This document shows positions 41,012 through 50,548 of a DNA stretch of 64,000 bases, one piece after another. Source of the DNA: an uncultured Chthoniobacterales bacterium (lineage in GTDB: Bacteria; Verrucomicrobiota; Verrucomicrobiia; Chthoniobacterales; CALDSX01). Location of the stretch: contig CAZZCL010000001.1 in NCBI GenBank assembly GCA_964652295.1, forward strand, positions 14,759 through 78,758, in the 5' to 3' direction. The position numbers and the translations under genes were made by a program. The notes under the pieces were generated by a model, which was given only the letters and a program-made list of their open reading frames with translations, was not told the origin of the DNA and ran no database searches. How positions within the stretch are numbered: position 1 is the stretch's first letter; each line of letters opens with the position of its first letter.

Positions 41012-42024
41012 TCACGGAAATCGTCTCCGGTTCGGAGGGTCGCGCGCGGATGATAGAAACGTTTCGGGCGGGACAAATTGCGGCTGTGCCCACCGAAACG
41101 GTTTACGGTCTTGCTGGAGCGGCGTTTGACGCCATGGCGGTGGCGCGCATTTTCGAGGCGAAACAACGACCCGCTTTCGATCCGTTGATTGTGCATGTGC
41201 CGGGAATTGAATGGCTGTGGCAAATTGCGCGACGATCCGACCTGGCAAACGCGACACTTGCCGAAGTGTTGGCGGAGCATTTTTGGCCGGGTCCGCTGAC
41301 GATTGTGCTGCCCGCACGGGATTGTGTGCCCTCGATTGTGCGGGCGGGTCTGAGCACAGTGGCCATCCGACAGAGTGTGCATCCGGATTTTCAGGCGATT
41401 GTGGAAGGCTTTGGCGCTCCGCTGGCTGCACCGAGTGCGAATCGTTTTGGCCGCCTCAGTCCCACCAGTGCGGTGGACGTCATGAAGGAATTGGAAGGAA
41501 AGATTCCGTTGGTTTACGATGGAGGGCGGTCGCGGCATGGAGTTGAGTCGACTATTGTGCGTCCGGAGGAGGGAGGAGTGGAGATCCTGCGCCCCGGTCC
41601 GATCGTGCGGGAGCGGCTTCAACAGGTTTGTCCGATTCTGGAGCGACCAACTGGAAAGGAAGGCCGCTTTCCGCAGGTGCCGGGGCAGCTGGCGTCGCAT
41701 TACGCTCCGGCGACGCCGCTAGTCCTGTTGGCGCCGAATCCGGGGGCAGGGGAGGCAGTGCGTGCCGCAGGCGGGCGGCGTGCCGCTTTGCTTGTGTACG
41801 ATGCAGCGCAGGTTTGGCAAGGGGCTGCGGCGGTTTTCGAGCAGATTCGTTGGCTCACAGGTTCCCATGACCCCGTTGAAGCGGCGGCAAACCTGTTTGG
41901 AGTGCTCCGCGAGCTGGACGAAAGCGGGGTGAAAATCGTAGTGGCGTTTCCGCCGCCGGAGAGAGGGGTTGGCGTCGCAATTCTGGATCGGCTGCGTCGG
42001 GCAGCCGCAACCGCCGAGCGATGA
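41008..42024 (+). CDS. tsaC: L-threonylcarbamoyladenylate synthase (Sua5/YwlC long form: YrdC + Sua5 domains)
   Basis: ATG 41008 overlaps the purE-like stop (ATGA). Reads FRAGQIAAVPTETVYGLAG.AFD..AV.RIFEAK.RP..DPLIVHV, with SANRFG and a C-terminal Sua5 domain. Confidence 0.9.
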   Translation: MITEIVSGSEGRARMIETFRAGQIAAVPTETVYGLAGAAFDAMAVARIFEAKQRPAFDPLIVHVPGIEWLWQIARRSDLANATLAEVLAEHFWPGPLTIVLPARDCVPSIVRAGLSTVAIRQSVHPDFQAIVEGFGAPLAAPSANRFGRLSPTSAVDVMKELEGKIPLVYDGGRSRHGVESTIVRPEEGGVEILRPGPIVRERLQQVCPILERPTGKEGRFPQVPGQLASHYAPATPLVLLAPNPGAGEAVRAAGGRRAALLVYDAAQVWQGAAAVFEQIRWLTGSHDPVEAAANLFGVLRELDESGVKIVVAFPPPERGVGVAILDRLRRAAATAER

Positions 42025-42102
42025 ATGCGGCGGTGCTCCGTTCCTGCGGGCTGCGCGGTTCGCTGGTTGTGTTTTGGTGCGGTACCGTTAACGTCTGAAC
42101 GT

Positions 42103-42576
42103 ATGGGGAAACCCGTGATACCCATTGGCGTACGGGCTGTCGTGCCGACATCCGGCAGTTGTGCTGTGTTTCTTGGCAACGACGAAAAGGTTTTCGTCAT
42201 TTATGTTGATCCCGGCGTTGGCGGGGCAATCGGCATGTTCATGAATGGCACGCCGAAAGAACGGCCGTTAACGCACGATCTGATGGCTCACATCATGGCT
42301 GCACTGGGTGCGAAAGTGGAGCGAACAATTATCAACGATCTGAAGACTTCAACTTTCTACGCCAGGTTGATCATCAGCGTTGAGAACGAGCTTCAGGAGC
42401 GAAAGCTCGTGGAAATCGATGCGCGCCCGAGTGACAGCATAGCGATCGCCCTGCAGCAGAAGGCACCGCTGTATGTCACCCATTCCGTGTGGGATGAGGT
42501 GGACGACATGTCGGAGGTGTTGCGCAGCATGGAAGAGAGCGGTGCGGAACCGTCTGCGGAAGACGAGGAGTCGTGA
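42103..42576 (+). CDS. Bifunctional nuclease (DUF151/BFN) family protein
   Basis: ATG 42103 inside ORF 42025..42576. Reads V.LG.DEKVFVIYVD...G.AI........ERPLTHDLM..I...LGAKVERTIINDLK..TFYARLI, then IDARPSDSIAIAL....P.YV. Confidence 0.8.
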   Translation: MGKPVIPIGVRAVVPTSGSCAVFLGNDEKVFVIYVDPGVGGAIGMFMNGTPKERPLTHDLMAHIMAALGAKVERTIINDLKTSTFYARLIISVENELQERKLVEIDARPSDSIAIALQQKAPLYVTHSVWDEVDDMSEVLRSMEESGAEPSAEDEES

Positions 42577-43055
42577 GCGTCGTCGCAGGCGCAGAGCCCC
42601 CACAACGGGCACCTTTGGGGCTGCATCCGCCCGCGTGGTTTCTGGCCGCCGTATTGTTAATGTTTTGCATTGAATGGATGGTGCCACCGCCTTGGCTGCC
42701 ATCTCGCGTCGCAGAAATCCTCGGTGCCGTGCTGCTTGTGGGCGGCATGATGCTTGTGGCATGGGCCGCATGGCAGTTTCGACGTCATCACACGCCGATC
42801 CTTCCGTATCGGCGTCCGGAGGCGATCATTGAAACGGGACCGTACCGCTTCACACGGAATCCGATCTACGGGGCACAGGTTCTGTTGCTCGCCGGACTGG
42901 CCTCAATGTTCGGGCCGGGTTGGTCGGTGGGGATCGTGCCGCTCTTCGCCGTTTTTATGGATGCCACGTTTGTGCGAACCGAAGAACGGTTGATGATTTC
43001 TGTATTCGGGAGGCGGTACGGCGATTATATGACGCGTGTGCGCCGATGGATTTAA
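42573..43055 (+). CDS. Isoprenylcysteine carboxyl / phospholipid methyltransferase-family membrane protein
   Basis: 160 aa, four TM segments, signature TGPYRFTRNPIYGAQVLLLAGLA. Overlaps the previous stop. Confidence 0.75.
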   Translation: MSVVAGAEPPQRAPLGLHPPAWFLAAVLLMFCIEWMVPPPWLPSRVAEILGAVLLVGGMMLVAWAAWQFRRHHTPILPYRRPEAIIETGPYRFTRNPIYGAQVLLLAGLASMFGPGWSVGIVPLFAVFMDATFVRTEERLMISVFGRRYGDYMTRVRRWI

Positions 43056-43081
43056 GCGAGGTGCCTTTTTTCCGGCGCGCT

Positions 43082-45001
43082 CTACAGGGAACTCGTATCC
43101 TCCAACGCGGCGGCCAGGATCGCCGCTTCCTCCTCGGTACTGAGCCCGGCGGATTCCCCGCCGCTTTCCGGATGGCGAAATTGCAGATCGTACAGGCGCG
43201 TGTAGACGGGAGAGCTGTCGAGTAATTCGTTGTGCGTACCCGTTGCCACAATCCGCCCGTGCTGCATGACGACGATGCAATCCGCCTTGAGGATGGTGGA
43301 AAGCCGGTGCGCGATGGCGATGGTGGTTCGGCCGGCAATAAGGTGTTCGAGTGCGCGTTGAATCATTTGTTCGGATTCCGAATCTAACGCCGAAGTCGCT
43401 TCGTCGAGCAGCAGGACGGGTGCGTTTTTGAGCAGCGCGCGCGCGATGGCAAGGCGTTGCTGTTGCCCGCCGGAGAGCAGGCAGCCTTTGTCGCCAACAA
43501 CCGTTTCGTAACCCTTGTACTGGGCCAGGATGAAATCGTGGGCATAAGCTTGTCGCGCGGCTTCCTCCACGTCTTTCCGGGAAGCGTCCAGACGCCCGTA
43601 AAGGATGTTTTGGTAAATGGTATCGTGGAAGAGGAATGTGTCCTGCGTCACGACGCCGATTTGTGAGCGAAGAGATTGTTGGGTGATGCTGCGCAGGTCA
43701 TGCCCATCAAGGCGGATTGCGCCGTATTGCGGGTCGTAGAAGCGCAGGATTAAAGACAGCAGGGTGCTCTTACCCGCGCCGCTCGAACCGACGAGGGCGT
43801 AATAACGCCCGGGGCGGATATCCAGTGCGATGTCGCGCACGGCGGGTTCCGTCGTGCGGGGGTAGGTGAACGAAATGCTGTCGAACTCGATGTGGCCCTT
43901 CACGGATTCCAATGTCGCCGCATTCGGCGCGTCCTGTACGGCCGGTTGTTCCTGCATCAGTTCGAAGACGTTGATTGTGGCCGAGAGGCATTTTTGCATC
44001 AGCACATGCAGGCGGCTGAGGATTTTAATCGGGTCATAGAGCAGAAACAGCCCGGTGAGCAACGCCATGAACCGCGCCACGGGTAGTCCGGCGAAGTAGA
44101 CGTACAAAAGGGCCATGCCCGCGCCTACCGCGGCGACCACCTCGACAAGCGGCCCCACGATGGCCATCGACTTGCGCACGCGCATGGCGCTGCGGAATTG
44201 TGCGCGGTTGGCCGCATTGAAACGGTCGATCTCGTAATCTTCGCGGGAAAACGATTTCACGACGCGGATGCCCTGCAAGGCTTCGGTCAGGATTACAGAC
44301 ATCATGCCCGCTTCTTCTTCCTCGTCGCGCCCGGACAGGCGAACCTTGCGACCGTAAACCGCCATGGGTATAAGGCACACGGGGAAGAGCACAAGCGCGA
44401 TGATTGTGAATTTCCAATCCAGCGCGAGGAGTACGAAGACTCCCGTGATAATATTGACCGGTTGCTTGATCAGGTCGCTGGAGATTGTAGTCAACGCCTG
44501 TTGCGCCATACGCGTCTGAATCATGACGCGCGTGACCAGCATGCCCGCCCGTTGAGTATTAAAAAACGCGAGACTCTGTCGCGTAATATGGCCGAACAGA
44601 TCGGCGCGAATATCGTTCAGGGACCGCAAGCCGACCCATGCGAGATAGTAGGCGTTGAGATACGAGAACAATCCGCGCAGGAGCATCGCTGCAGGAATCG
44701 CGAGGCACGGAAGAAGGAATTCCCCGACACCAGGCCCGCCACCGGACGTGGCCGCCTCCATCATGTTGCCCTCCCCGCCCTGAAAAATGTTTTCTGCCAC
44801 GAAATGCATAACCAATGGCAGCACACCGTTGACTGCCCCGGCCAGCGCGCCGAACACGAGCCCGAGCACAAAACGGCTCTTATACGGCTTCATGTATCGA
44901 AACAATTGCGAATACGGCATCCAGCTGGCGCGGATCAGCTCGAAGAGGCCCATTCTTTTGAGGGCTTCCTTGTCGATCTTTTTGGGCTTGTCCGTGGCCA
45001 T
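43082..45001 (-). CDS. ABC transporter permease/ATPase, MsbA-like exporter
   Basis: ATG 45001. Six-TM N-terminal half, Walker A GSSGAGKST, signature LSGGQQQR, Walker B LLLDEATSALD. Confidence 0.9.
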   Translation of the reverse strand: MATDKPKKIDKEALKRMGLFELIRASWMPYSQLFRYMKPYKSRFVLGLVFGALAGAVNGVLPLVMHFVAENIFQGGEGNMMEAATSGGGPGVGEFLLPCLAIPAAMLLRGLFSYLNAYYLAWVGLRSLNDIRADLFGHITRQSLAFFNTQRAGMLVTRVMIQTRMAQQALTTISSDLIKQPVNIITGVFVLLALDWKFTIIALVLFPVCLIPMAVYGRKVRLSGRDEEEEAGMMSVILTEALQGIRVVKSFSREDYEIDRFNAANRAQFRSAMRVRKSMAIVGPLVEVVAAVGAGMALLYVYFAGLPVARFMALLTGLFLLYDPIKILSRLHVLMQKCLSATINVFELMQEQPAVQDAPNAATLESVKGHIEFDSISFTYPRTTEPAVRDIALDIRPGRYYALVGSSGAGKSTLLSLILRFYDPQYGAIRLDGHDLRSITQQSLRSQIGVVTQDTFLFHDTIYQNILYGRLDASRKDVEEAARQAYAHDFILAQYKGYETVVGDKGCLLSGGQQQRLAIARALLKNAPVLLLDEATSALDSESEQMIQRALEHLIAGRTTIAIAHRLSTILKADCIVVMQHGRIVATGTHNELLDSSPVYTRLYDLQFRHPESGGESAGLSTEEEAAILAAALEDTSSL

Positions 45002-45131
45002 GATAATTAAGAGGTTAGCGTAGCCTGCGAATAGCGCCCGGCGCAACCCGAACCGGCGGATGCGCAGTCCCTGGAACGAGGCAGAAAATACCGCTGAAGC
45101 CCCGGAAAGCTAAGCGCGCGCCGACACGCGT

Positions 45132-46007
45132 TCAGGCGGCTGCAATCTCGCCCCTTGCAGCGTCGCCGGAGGCGAGATGAATGTTCCGCTGGGGAAACGG
45201 GATGGTGACACCCTCGTTGTCGAATGCCTTTTTTACCCGTTCGATCGTATCGAAGCGCACCGGCCAAAAATCGCCGGTGTTGACCCAGACACGAAAAATG
45301 AAGTTCACACTGCTGTCGGCCAGTTCATCGACCACAAATTCCGGCTGCGGATTCTTCAGGATGCGTCCGTCTTCTGCTGCGATGCGCTGGAAGATGGCGC
45401 GCACCTTGTCCATGTCGTCTTCGTACGCCACGCCGAAAACAAGATCCAGACGGCGTGTGTCCATCGCGCTGAAATTGGTCAGGATCTCATCGTTGAGTTT
45501 GCTGTTGGGCACCACGATCAATCTGTTGTCTGGCGTTCTGAGCCGGGTGTGAAACACGGTGATTTCATCGACTGTACCGCCAACACCGCCACCCTCGATG
45601 TAGTCACCCACCTTGAAGGGGCGCAGCACAATCATGATGATGCCGGCGGCGAAATGAGAGAGCGAGCCCTGCAGGGCAAGCCCGACTGCAAGCCCGGCGG
45701 CACCGATTACGGCGACGAACGATGCCGTGGGAACGCCGAGATTCTGAATCGCTCCGACAATCACAATGGCGAGGACCACACCCCCCGCGATGTTTGTGAC
45801 GAATTTCGTGACGATCGGGTCCACCTTGCGCGCGGTCATCCCGCGCTGCAGCAGATTCGCAAGTGCGCGCCCCGCCCAGCGTCCGATGACGATTATGGCG
45901 ATGGAACCCAGGATCCTGACACCCCAGGCGGCTCCCGCGGTTTTGAACCAGTCGGCGATGCTGGCGGCGTCTTCAGGCATGATTAAAACCCATGTTCTCA
46001 ATGACAA
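45132..46007 (-). CDS. Small-conductance mechanosensitive channel (MscS family)
   Basis: Three TM segments followed by FKVGDYIEGGGVGGTVDEITVFHTRLRTPDNRLIVVPNSKL. Alternative start at 45980. Confidence 0.88.
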   Translation of the reverse strand: MSLRTWVLIMPEDAASIADWFKTAGAAWGVRILGSIAIIVIGRWAGRALANLLQRGMTARKVDPIVTKFVTNIAGGVVLAIVIVGAIQNLGVPTASFVAVIGAAGLAVGLALQGSLSHFAAGIIMIVLRPFKVGDYIEGGGVGGTVDEITVFHTRLRTPDNRLIVVPNSKLNDEILTNFSAMDTRRLDLVFGVAYEDDMDKVRAIFQRIAAEDGRILKNPQPEFVVDELADSSVNFIFRVWVNTGDFWPVRFDTIERVKKAFDNEGVTIPFPQRNIHLASGDAARGEIAAA

Positions 46008-46025
46008 CGGGACACCGTTACCGTG

Positions 46026-46895
46026 TCAAGCTTCCGGAGGCGGTGTCAGCAGTCGGCGGCGGCCTTCAGCCAGTATTGCCCGCTCCTTGCGGGAAAGGGC
46101 GGCTGGTCCCTCGCGATGCAATTTCTCAAGCAGTGGATCGACAAACTCCGCAATGTAATCCCCGGCTGGCAGGACTGCGCGCCGATGGCATTCCGCACGC
46201 CAGGCAGACCAACGCCGTTCCGGCCATGTCGGCCCCGTGAGTCCTGCAAACCGCAAATAAAGCCAGGCCACAGCGCAAACTACGCCGGAGGAAGCAAGCG
46301 TCGCGCCAGCCTGCCTGAATGGCGCAATGCCACTGCCGAATTTGGCGGCAGCAAGCGCAACCGCCACCGCTGCGATTCCTGCCAGACACGCCGTCTTGGT
46401 GCGGACAATCCATGGCCCTGCAGGAAGCGGCATGAGCGGCAGGACTGCAGCGGCGCATGTCAATGCTGCAAGGGCAGGGGGGCCGGCCCCGCGTACCAGC
46501 GCCGCAGGATCCAGAGCGAGTTCCACCAGAGATCCAAGCGCGGTGCAGGAGAGCAGAACGACGGCCCAGTGCATTGAGCTCATTGCCGGTTCGACCAGCC
46601 GTCCCGCAAGCACTGCGACCCCCCCGCATAAAAAGAACAGGAGGACGCCGGAAGGCGCCAGCACGCATGTGAGCGGTTGGTACAACAGCCCTTGGCGCAA
46701 CCCGGCGCCGCTCAATGCCATCCATGCGTCGAGCGTTGAGAGGCCGCGCAGACTCAGAACGAGCGCGCAGGCTGCCGATCCGACGAGCGCCGCAGCAAAC
46801 CAGTTCGTAACACACTGAGGGCAGCTGGGCTTGTCACCGGAAACAGGTCGTAAACGGCGCAAGAAACGCTGCATTGAGGCAAAGGACTTTTTCAT
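46026..46895 (-). CDS. Polytopic membrane protein; rhomboid-like layout suspected but no catalytic GxSG seen
   Basis: 289 aa with about six hydrophobic segments. An N-terminal CPQC is present. YQPLTCVL...LLFFLCGG sits where rhomboids carry WR..T..F.H, and GAGPPALAALT sits where they carry GASGA. The cytoplasmic C-terminal tail is helical. Family call is weak. Confidence 0.4.
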   Translation of the reverse strand: MKKSFASMQRFLRRLRPVSGDKPSCPQCVTNWFAAALVGSAACALVLSLRGLSTLDAWMALSGAGLRQGLLYQPLTCVLAPSGVLLFFLCGGVAVLAGRLVEPAMSSMHWAVVLLSCTALGSLVELALDPAALVRGAGPPALAALTCAAAVLPLMPLPAGPWIVRTKTACLAGIAAVAVALAAAKFGSGIAPFRQAGATLASSGVVCAVAWLYLRFAGLTGPTWPERRWSAWRAECHRRAVLPAGDYIAEFVDPLLEKLHREGPAALSRKERAILAEGRRRLLTPPPEA

Positions 46896-46995
46896 GATCC
46901 TGCCAAGTCAATGCGTCGGCCACATCCCGGAGTGTCCGTCGGGCATGCCGCGTGGACATCCAACCCGCGGTATGCCGCCTTTTTCACCACGCGCC

Positions 46996-47805
46996 TCAAC
47001 GGGTCCAGCGCCCTCCGGGTGTGCTTAGGACAGGAATGTATCCCGGAGAATAATCGGTTTTGCCTATCGCACCGATCATCGGAATACCGACCGCTGTTCG
47101 CCAGTGTTTGCTCATGCTTTCGCCGGTATGACACCCCCAGCTCTTGATGAATGCACGCCGGTGAAACGCGTCGGCATTGATCCTGTTTAACTCGCCTTCG
47201 TGCAGCCACGCTTTGCTGGCGCTGTCGATCAGGCTGCTGTAGTCGAACATGAAACACGCCTTGTTGGAGTGGCCAAAATATTCGAAGCCGGTAATGCGAA
47301 GGGAACGCCGGTGCGGTGCGCGATTGATGTAATTGAGAAGCTGCGGAGTTGTGTCGAAGTAGATCAGTCGCAGCTGGTATTTGTCGCGGACCGATTCCAC
47401 AAGCGCGAGCAGGTCGCGCTGATCCTGTGCGCTGCGCGCAACGTAGCCCGGACGATAAACCAGCCAGCCGATCGGATATTCGGTGCCGCGCTGCTCGCGC
47501 AACGCCTGGATGCGGACTCTGGCTGTCCGAATGAAATTTCCCCACCAACGATCGTGTGGGACCTGCTTGTATTTTTCCCAGCGGATCAAGGATGGTCCGC
47601 CACTGACTACGATGTATTCGCCCCACGGATAATTGCCCTGCCGCGCAGTATCGGCCAGTGCCCCCGGCGCGTGGAGCAGAAGAGCAGCCAGCAGCGCGAC
47701 GGCGGATTGCGCGGGCAATGCCACGCGGCGATGAACGCCCTCTGACCCCGCAATGCCCATTGTCCTTAGCAGCGCACTCCACGCACACGGGAGCCGTCTA
47801 TCCAT
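46996..47805 (-). CDS. Hypothetical exported protein
   Basis: Probable start ATG 47760 (MGIAGSEGVHRRVALPAQSAVALLAALLLHAPGALA, signal-like). No family recognised. Contains FGHSNKA and WGCHTGES segments. Confidence 0.6.
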   Translation of the reverse strand: MDRRLPCAWSALLRTMGIAGSEGVHRRVALPAQSAVALLAALLLHAPGALADTARQGNYPWGEYIVVSGGPSLIRWEKYKQVPHDRWWGNFIRTARVRIQALREQRGTEYPIGWLVYRPGYVARSAQDQRDLLALVESVRDKYQLRLIYFDTTPQLLNYINRAPHRRSLRITGFEYFGHSNKACFMFDYSSLIDSASKAWLHEGELNRINADAFHRRAFIKSWGCHTGESMSKHWRTAVGIPMIGAIGKTDYSPGYIPVLSTPGGRWTR

Positions 47806-48233
47806 TCCTCAAACCGTTCCACCATGGCGATCTTCCATGTGCGACCCTCTCTGACCAGCAAATACAATCTTGGAACCACGCCGCCGTCCGGTGCCACGAA
47901 ATACACTTCGACCAGGGCAGCATCGCGGAAGGGGCGCACCGGCCCGTACTCAACCCGCATCCGGTTGCTTGTGCGCGCCGGATCCGCATGCAAGCCACGC
48001 TCAAACTCGACAAGTGTCATCCGATTCTGAAAGCGCACGGCCACATCCTCGTACGCGCCGACGAAATCCTTCTCGCGACAGTCGCGGATATGTTCGGATA
48101 AGGCCCGATACAGTTCGGCAGGAGTCGGTTGATGCAGGAGACCCTGCATAAACAGCAGGGCGAACCACCCCGACACGCACACGCTTCCACAGAAAAGCGC
48201 CACGATGATTTTTCCCGCTCGCGTCATGTGCAT
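47766..48233 (-). CDS. Membrane-anchored NTF2-like/DUF4864-like hypothetical protein
   Basis: N-terminal TM IIVALFCGSVCVSGWFALLF, then ELYRALSEHIRDCREKDFVGAYEDVAVRFQNRMTLVEFERGL, which resembles DUF4864. Family call is tentative. Confidence 0.55.
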   Translation of the reverse strand: MHMTRAGKIIVALFCGSVCVSGWFALLFMQGLLHQPTPAELYRALSEHIRDCREKDFVGAYEDVAVRFQNRMTLVEFERGLHADPARTSNRMRVEYGPVRPFRDAALVEVYFVAPDGGVVPRLYLLVREGRTWKIAMVERFEEWIDGSRVRGVRC

Positions 48234-48571
48234 TTCCCGATTCCACTTAAATTGTCCGGGAGATTTCGCAGGTAATCAAACGAATAAATCCCCGTGGAAT
48301 GTCCGTCCGCCCAGACGGGCCGCAGGGCATAAGCGCCCACGGCTTCGATGCGGAGGAGGCTGGCGTTTTCCGGCCGGTTGCGACTTCCGCGGCGCGTGCC
48401 CTCGAACAGACCATCCGGCTCACCAGAGCAAGCTGCGCACGGGCACTGGGCACGCAGCGCATCCAACGTGAGCACAGTTTCCGCGGCATCGTTCCAGATA
48501 ATGGCCAGATGATCGCCGATTATGTCGACGCGTTCGGGCTGTAAACCGGCGCTCATGATCGTATAAGACAT
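48224..48571 (-). CDS. DUF971 (gamma-butyrobetaine hydroxylase-like N-terminal domain) protein
   Basis: ATG 48571 (or 48556) inside ORF 48224..48649. Reads LAIIWNDAAETVLTLDALRAQCPCAACSGE, then LRPVWADGHSTGIYSFDYLRNL. Confidence 0.75.
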   Translation of the reverse strand: MSYTIMSAGLQPERVDIIGDHLAIIWNDAAETVLTLDALRAQCPCAACSGEPDGLFEGTRRGSRNRPENASLLRIEAVGAYALRPVWADGHSTGIYSFDYLRNLPDNLSGIGKCT

Positions 48572-48662
48572 GGCGGCAGTATGCAACGCAAGCGACTTGC
48601 AGCACCGCCCGGGCTTGCGCAGCGGTGGCGTTGGACGACGCTTGCTCACGGGTCGCCCCCGG

Positions 48663-49766
48663 ATGTCTCACGCCACAAGCCCCGCGTCTTACGTGCTTAA
48701 CGAGTTTTCCATCACGTCGTTCCGCAATATTGAGAGCCTCGAACTGGATTTCGGCGCCCGTTCCGCTCTTATCCTGGGACGCAACGCGCAGGGGAAGACC
48801 AGCCTTCTCGAAGCGGTATGCGTACTTGCCCGTCTGCAGTCTCCGCGCACCCGACGACTGGCCCAGACCATCCGCCACGGCAGCGAGCTGTTCCGGCTCG
48901 CCGGATTTTGCGGGGGGCACAAGCTTGCGTTTGGTTACTCCGCAAGGGAGCGTTCCCTCAGGCTCGACGGTGCCGATGTCGATCGCGCCTCGGACTATCT
49001 CGCCGTTGCTCGCGTAACATGGCTTGCCGGAGCCGATCTGCAAATTGTGCGGGGAAACGCCGAGGCGCGCCGGACATTCGCCGATTTTTCAGCTTCCCAA
49101 CTCTTTCCCGGTTATCTCGCTTCCCTGCGCCGATACCACACTGCATTGCGCCAGCGCAACCGCCTGTTGAAAGATAACCGGTCCGATCTTTGTGCCATCC
49201 GAGCGTTTAACGCACCGCTTGCAAGCTATGGCGCGGCCGTCGCCGGAACGCGAGCTGCGGCGTTGGACGCGCTCGCCCCGCATGCCGCCGCCGCATATGC
49301 GAAGCTTTCCGCGCGGCGGGAGGCGTTCTCGATACGATACTCCGGATGGAACGCTCCTCCCGAATCAGCTCCCTCGTCGGAAAACTTTGAAGATATGTAC
49401 GCAAAGACGGAAGAGCAGGATCTTCGGGCGGGTGCCACCACCGCCGGTCCGCATCGCGATACGCTTGAACTCGAAATCGAGGGGTGCCCCGCGGGTTCCC
49501 ACGCTTCGGAGGGCCAGCAACGCTGCGTGGCCCTCGCTTTGCGGCTTGCGCACCATCGCGCAATGACGGTCGCGCGAGGAGTCCCACCGCTTGTTCTCGT
49601 CGATGACGCATTCGGCGAACTCGACGAGGAACGTCGCAGGGCGCTGTTCGCCGAATTGGATGGCGCACAATGCCTTATCGCCACCACCTCCCCGCGCTGG
49701 CTTCCGTCGGCCGCCATGGATTTTCCCAGATATGTTGCCGAAAACGGGAGATTCACAAAACAATGA
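48663..49766 (+). CDS. recF: DNA replication and repair protein RecF
   Basis: ATG 48663 inside ORF 48570..49766. Reads L.ITSFRNIESLELDFGARSALILGRNAQGKTSLLEAV (Walker A), signature-like ASEGQQR, and Walker B LVLVDDAFGELD. Confidence 0.9.
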   Translation: MSHATSPASYVLNEFSITSFRNIESLELDFGARSALILGRNAQGKTSLLEAVCVLARLQSPRTRRLAQTIRHGSELFRLAGFCGGHKLAFGYSARERSLRLDGADVDRASDYLAVARVTWLAGADLQIVRGNAEARRTFADFSASQLFPGYLASLRRYHTALRQRNRLLKDNRSDLCAIRAFNAPLASYGAAVAGTRAAALDALAPHAAAAYAKLSARREAFSIRYSGWNAPPESAPSSENFEDMYAKTEEQDLRAGATTAGPHRDTLELEIEGCPAGSHASEGQQRCVALALRLAHHRAMTVARGVPPLVLVDDAFGELDEERRRALFAELDGAQCLIATTSPRWLPSAAMDFPRYVAENGRFTKQ

Positions 49767-49834
49767 CGACCGGAGCGTACGCCTCGCGGGGCGGTGGAAT
49801 GACGCCATGAAAAACGCATTCGTCTTCGGGGTCA

Positions 49835-49926
49835 TGGCGGTGAGGACAGGATTCGAACCTGCGGTAGGGGATAAAACCTACAACGGTTTAGCAAACCGCC
49901 GCTTTCGACCACTCAGCCACCTCACC
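49835..49926 (-). tRNA. tRNA-Ser (anticodon GCU), CCA encoded
   Basis: Reverse complement reads GGTGAGGTGGCTGAGTGGTCGAAAGCGGCGGTTTGCTAAACCGTTGTAGGTTTTATCCCCTACCGCAGGTTCGAATCCTGTCCTCACCGCCA. It has a 7-bp acceptor stem, anticodon loop TTGCTAA, a long variable arm and a GTTCGAATC T-loop. Confidence 0.93.
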
Positions 49927-50134
49927 GTGTATCTTTCGCTGCGTTATGTCTCTGCCCGTTTCAGTATTCGCAATAAAGTGGAATCCCGAATCTTCGAACA
50001 TCCAATTTTCCCGTCCACACGATGCGGAGTTGACGAATCCTTGCGAACAGGAGAGAAGAGGCGCTGTGACGATAAGAGCCCAGTCGGCGCAGGCCCCTAT
50101 TCCAACTCTCATCAGTCAAACGCGCTTCTAATCT

Positions 50135-50548
50135 ATGAAATACTGTCCCCCACGCAAACGTCCGTCAAGCGGGTGCCTGCAGAAATTCTCGCTTCTTTGC
50201 GGTCAGAAAACCGGTTGGATTTGGATCGTCATATTCGCGCTTGGCGCTGGTTCGTGCACTTCCAATAAGTGGCCGGACCGTAGCCTGCCCGATCCGAATG
50301 CTGCCCTTGCACCACGCAAAGACCAGCCGATCGGCACGGTTGTGCATACCGACAAGGAATTTGGGTTCGTCCTTGTGGACGTGGGAATGTTCACCGGGTT
50401 CGAGCCCGGCTCACAATTGGAATGCCGCCGGGAGGGCGAACGGGTGGCGCTCCTGAATATCGCGCAGCAGGCGATGCGCCCGTTTTTGGCCGCCGACGTG
50501 GTCGAGGGCAAGCCGCAGATCGGCGATCTCGTTTATAAAAACTTCTAA
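50135..50548 (+). CDS. Small lipoprotein, hypothetical
   Basis: Lipobox-like IVIFALGAGSC. The C-terminal ~70 aa (GTVVHTDKEFGFVLVDVG...GERVALLNI...ADVVEGKPQIGDLVYK) resemble the C-terminus of the 513..1535 product. Confidence 0.65.
   Translation: MKYCPPRKRPSSGCLQKFSLLCGQKTGWIWIVIFALGAGSCTSNKWPDRSLPDPNAALAPRKDQPIGTVVHTDKEFGFVLVDVGMFTGFEPGSQLECRREGERVALLNIAQQAMRPFLAADVVEGKPQIGDLVYKNF

Noticed and set aside
40369-41700. 443-aa minus-strand ORF opposite purE-like/tsaC, and similar long antisense ORFs (473..1159, 25147..26211, 21374..22423, 8576..9409, 59488..60300)
   Set aside because: Each overlaps a confidently recognised gene on the other strand. All show Arg/Ser/Pro-rich junk composition with no motifs.
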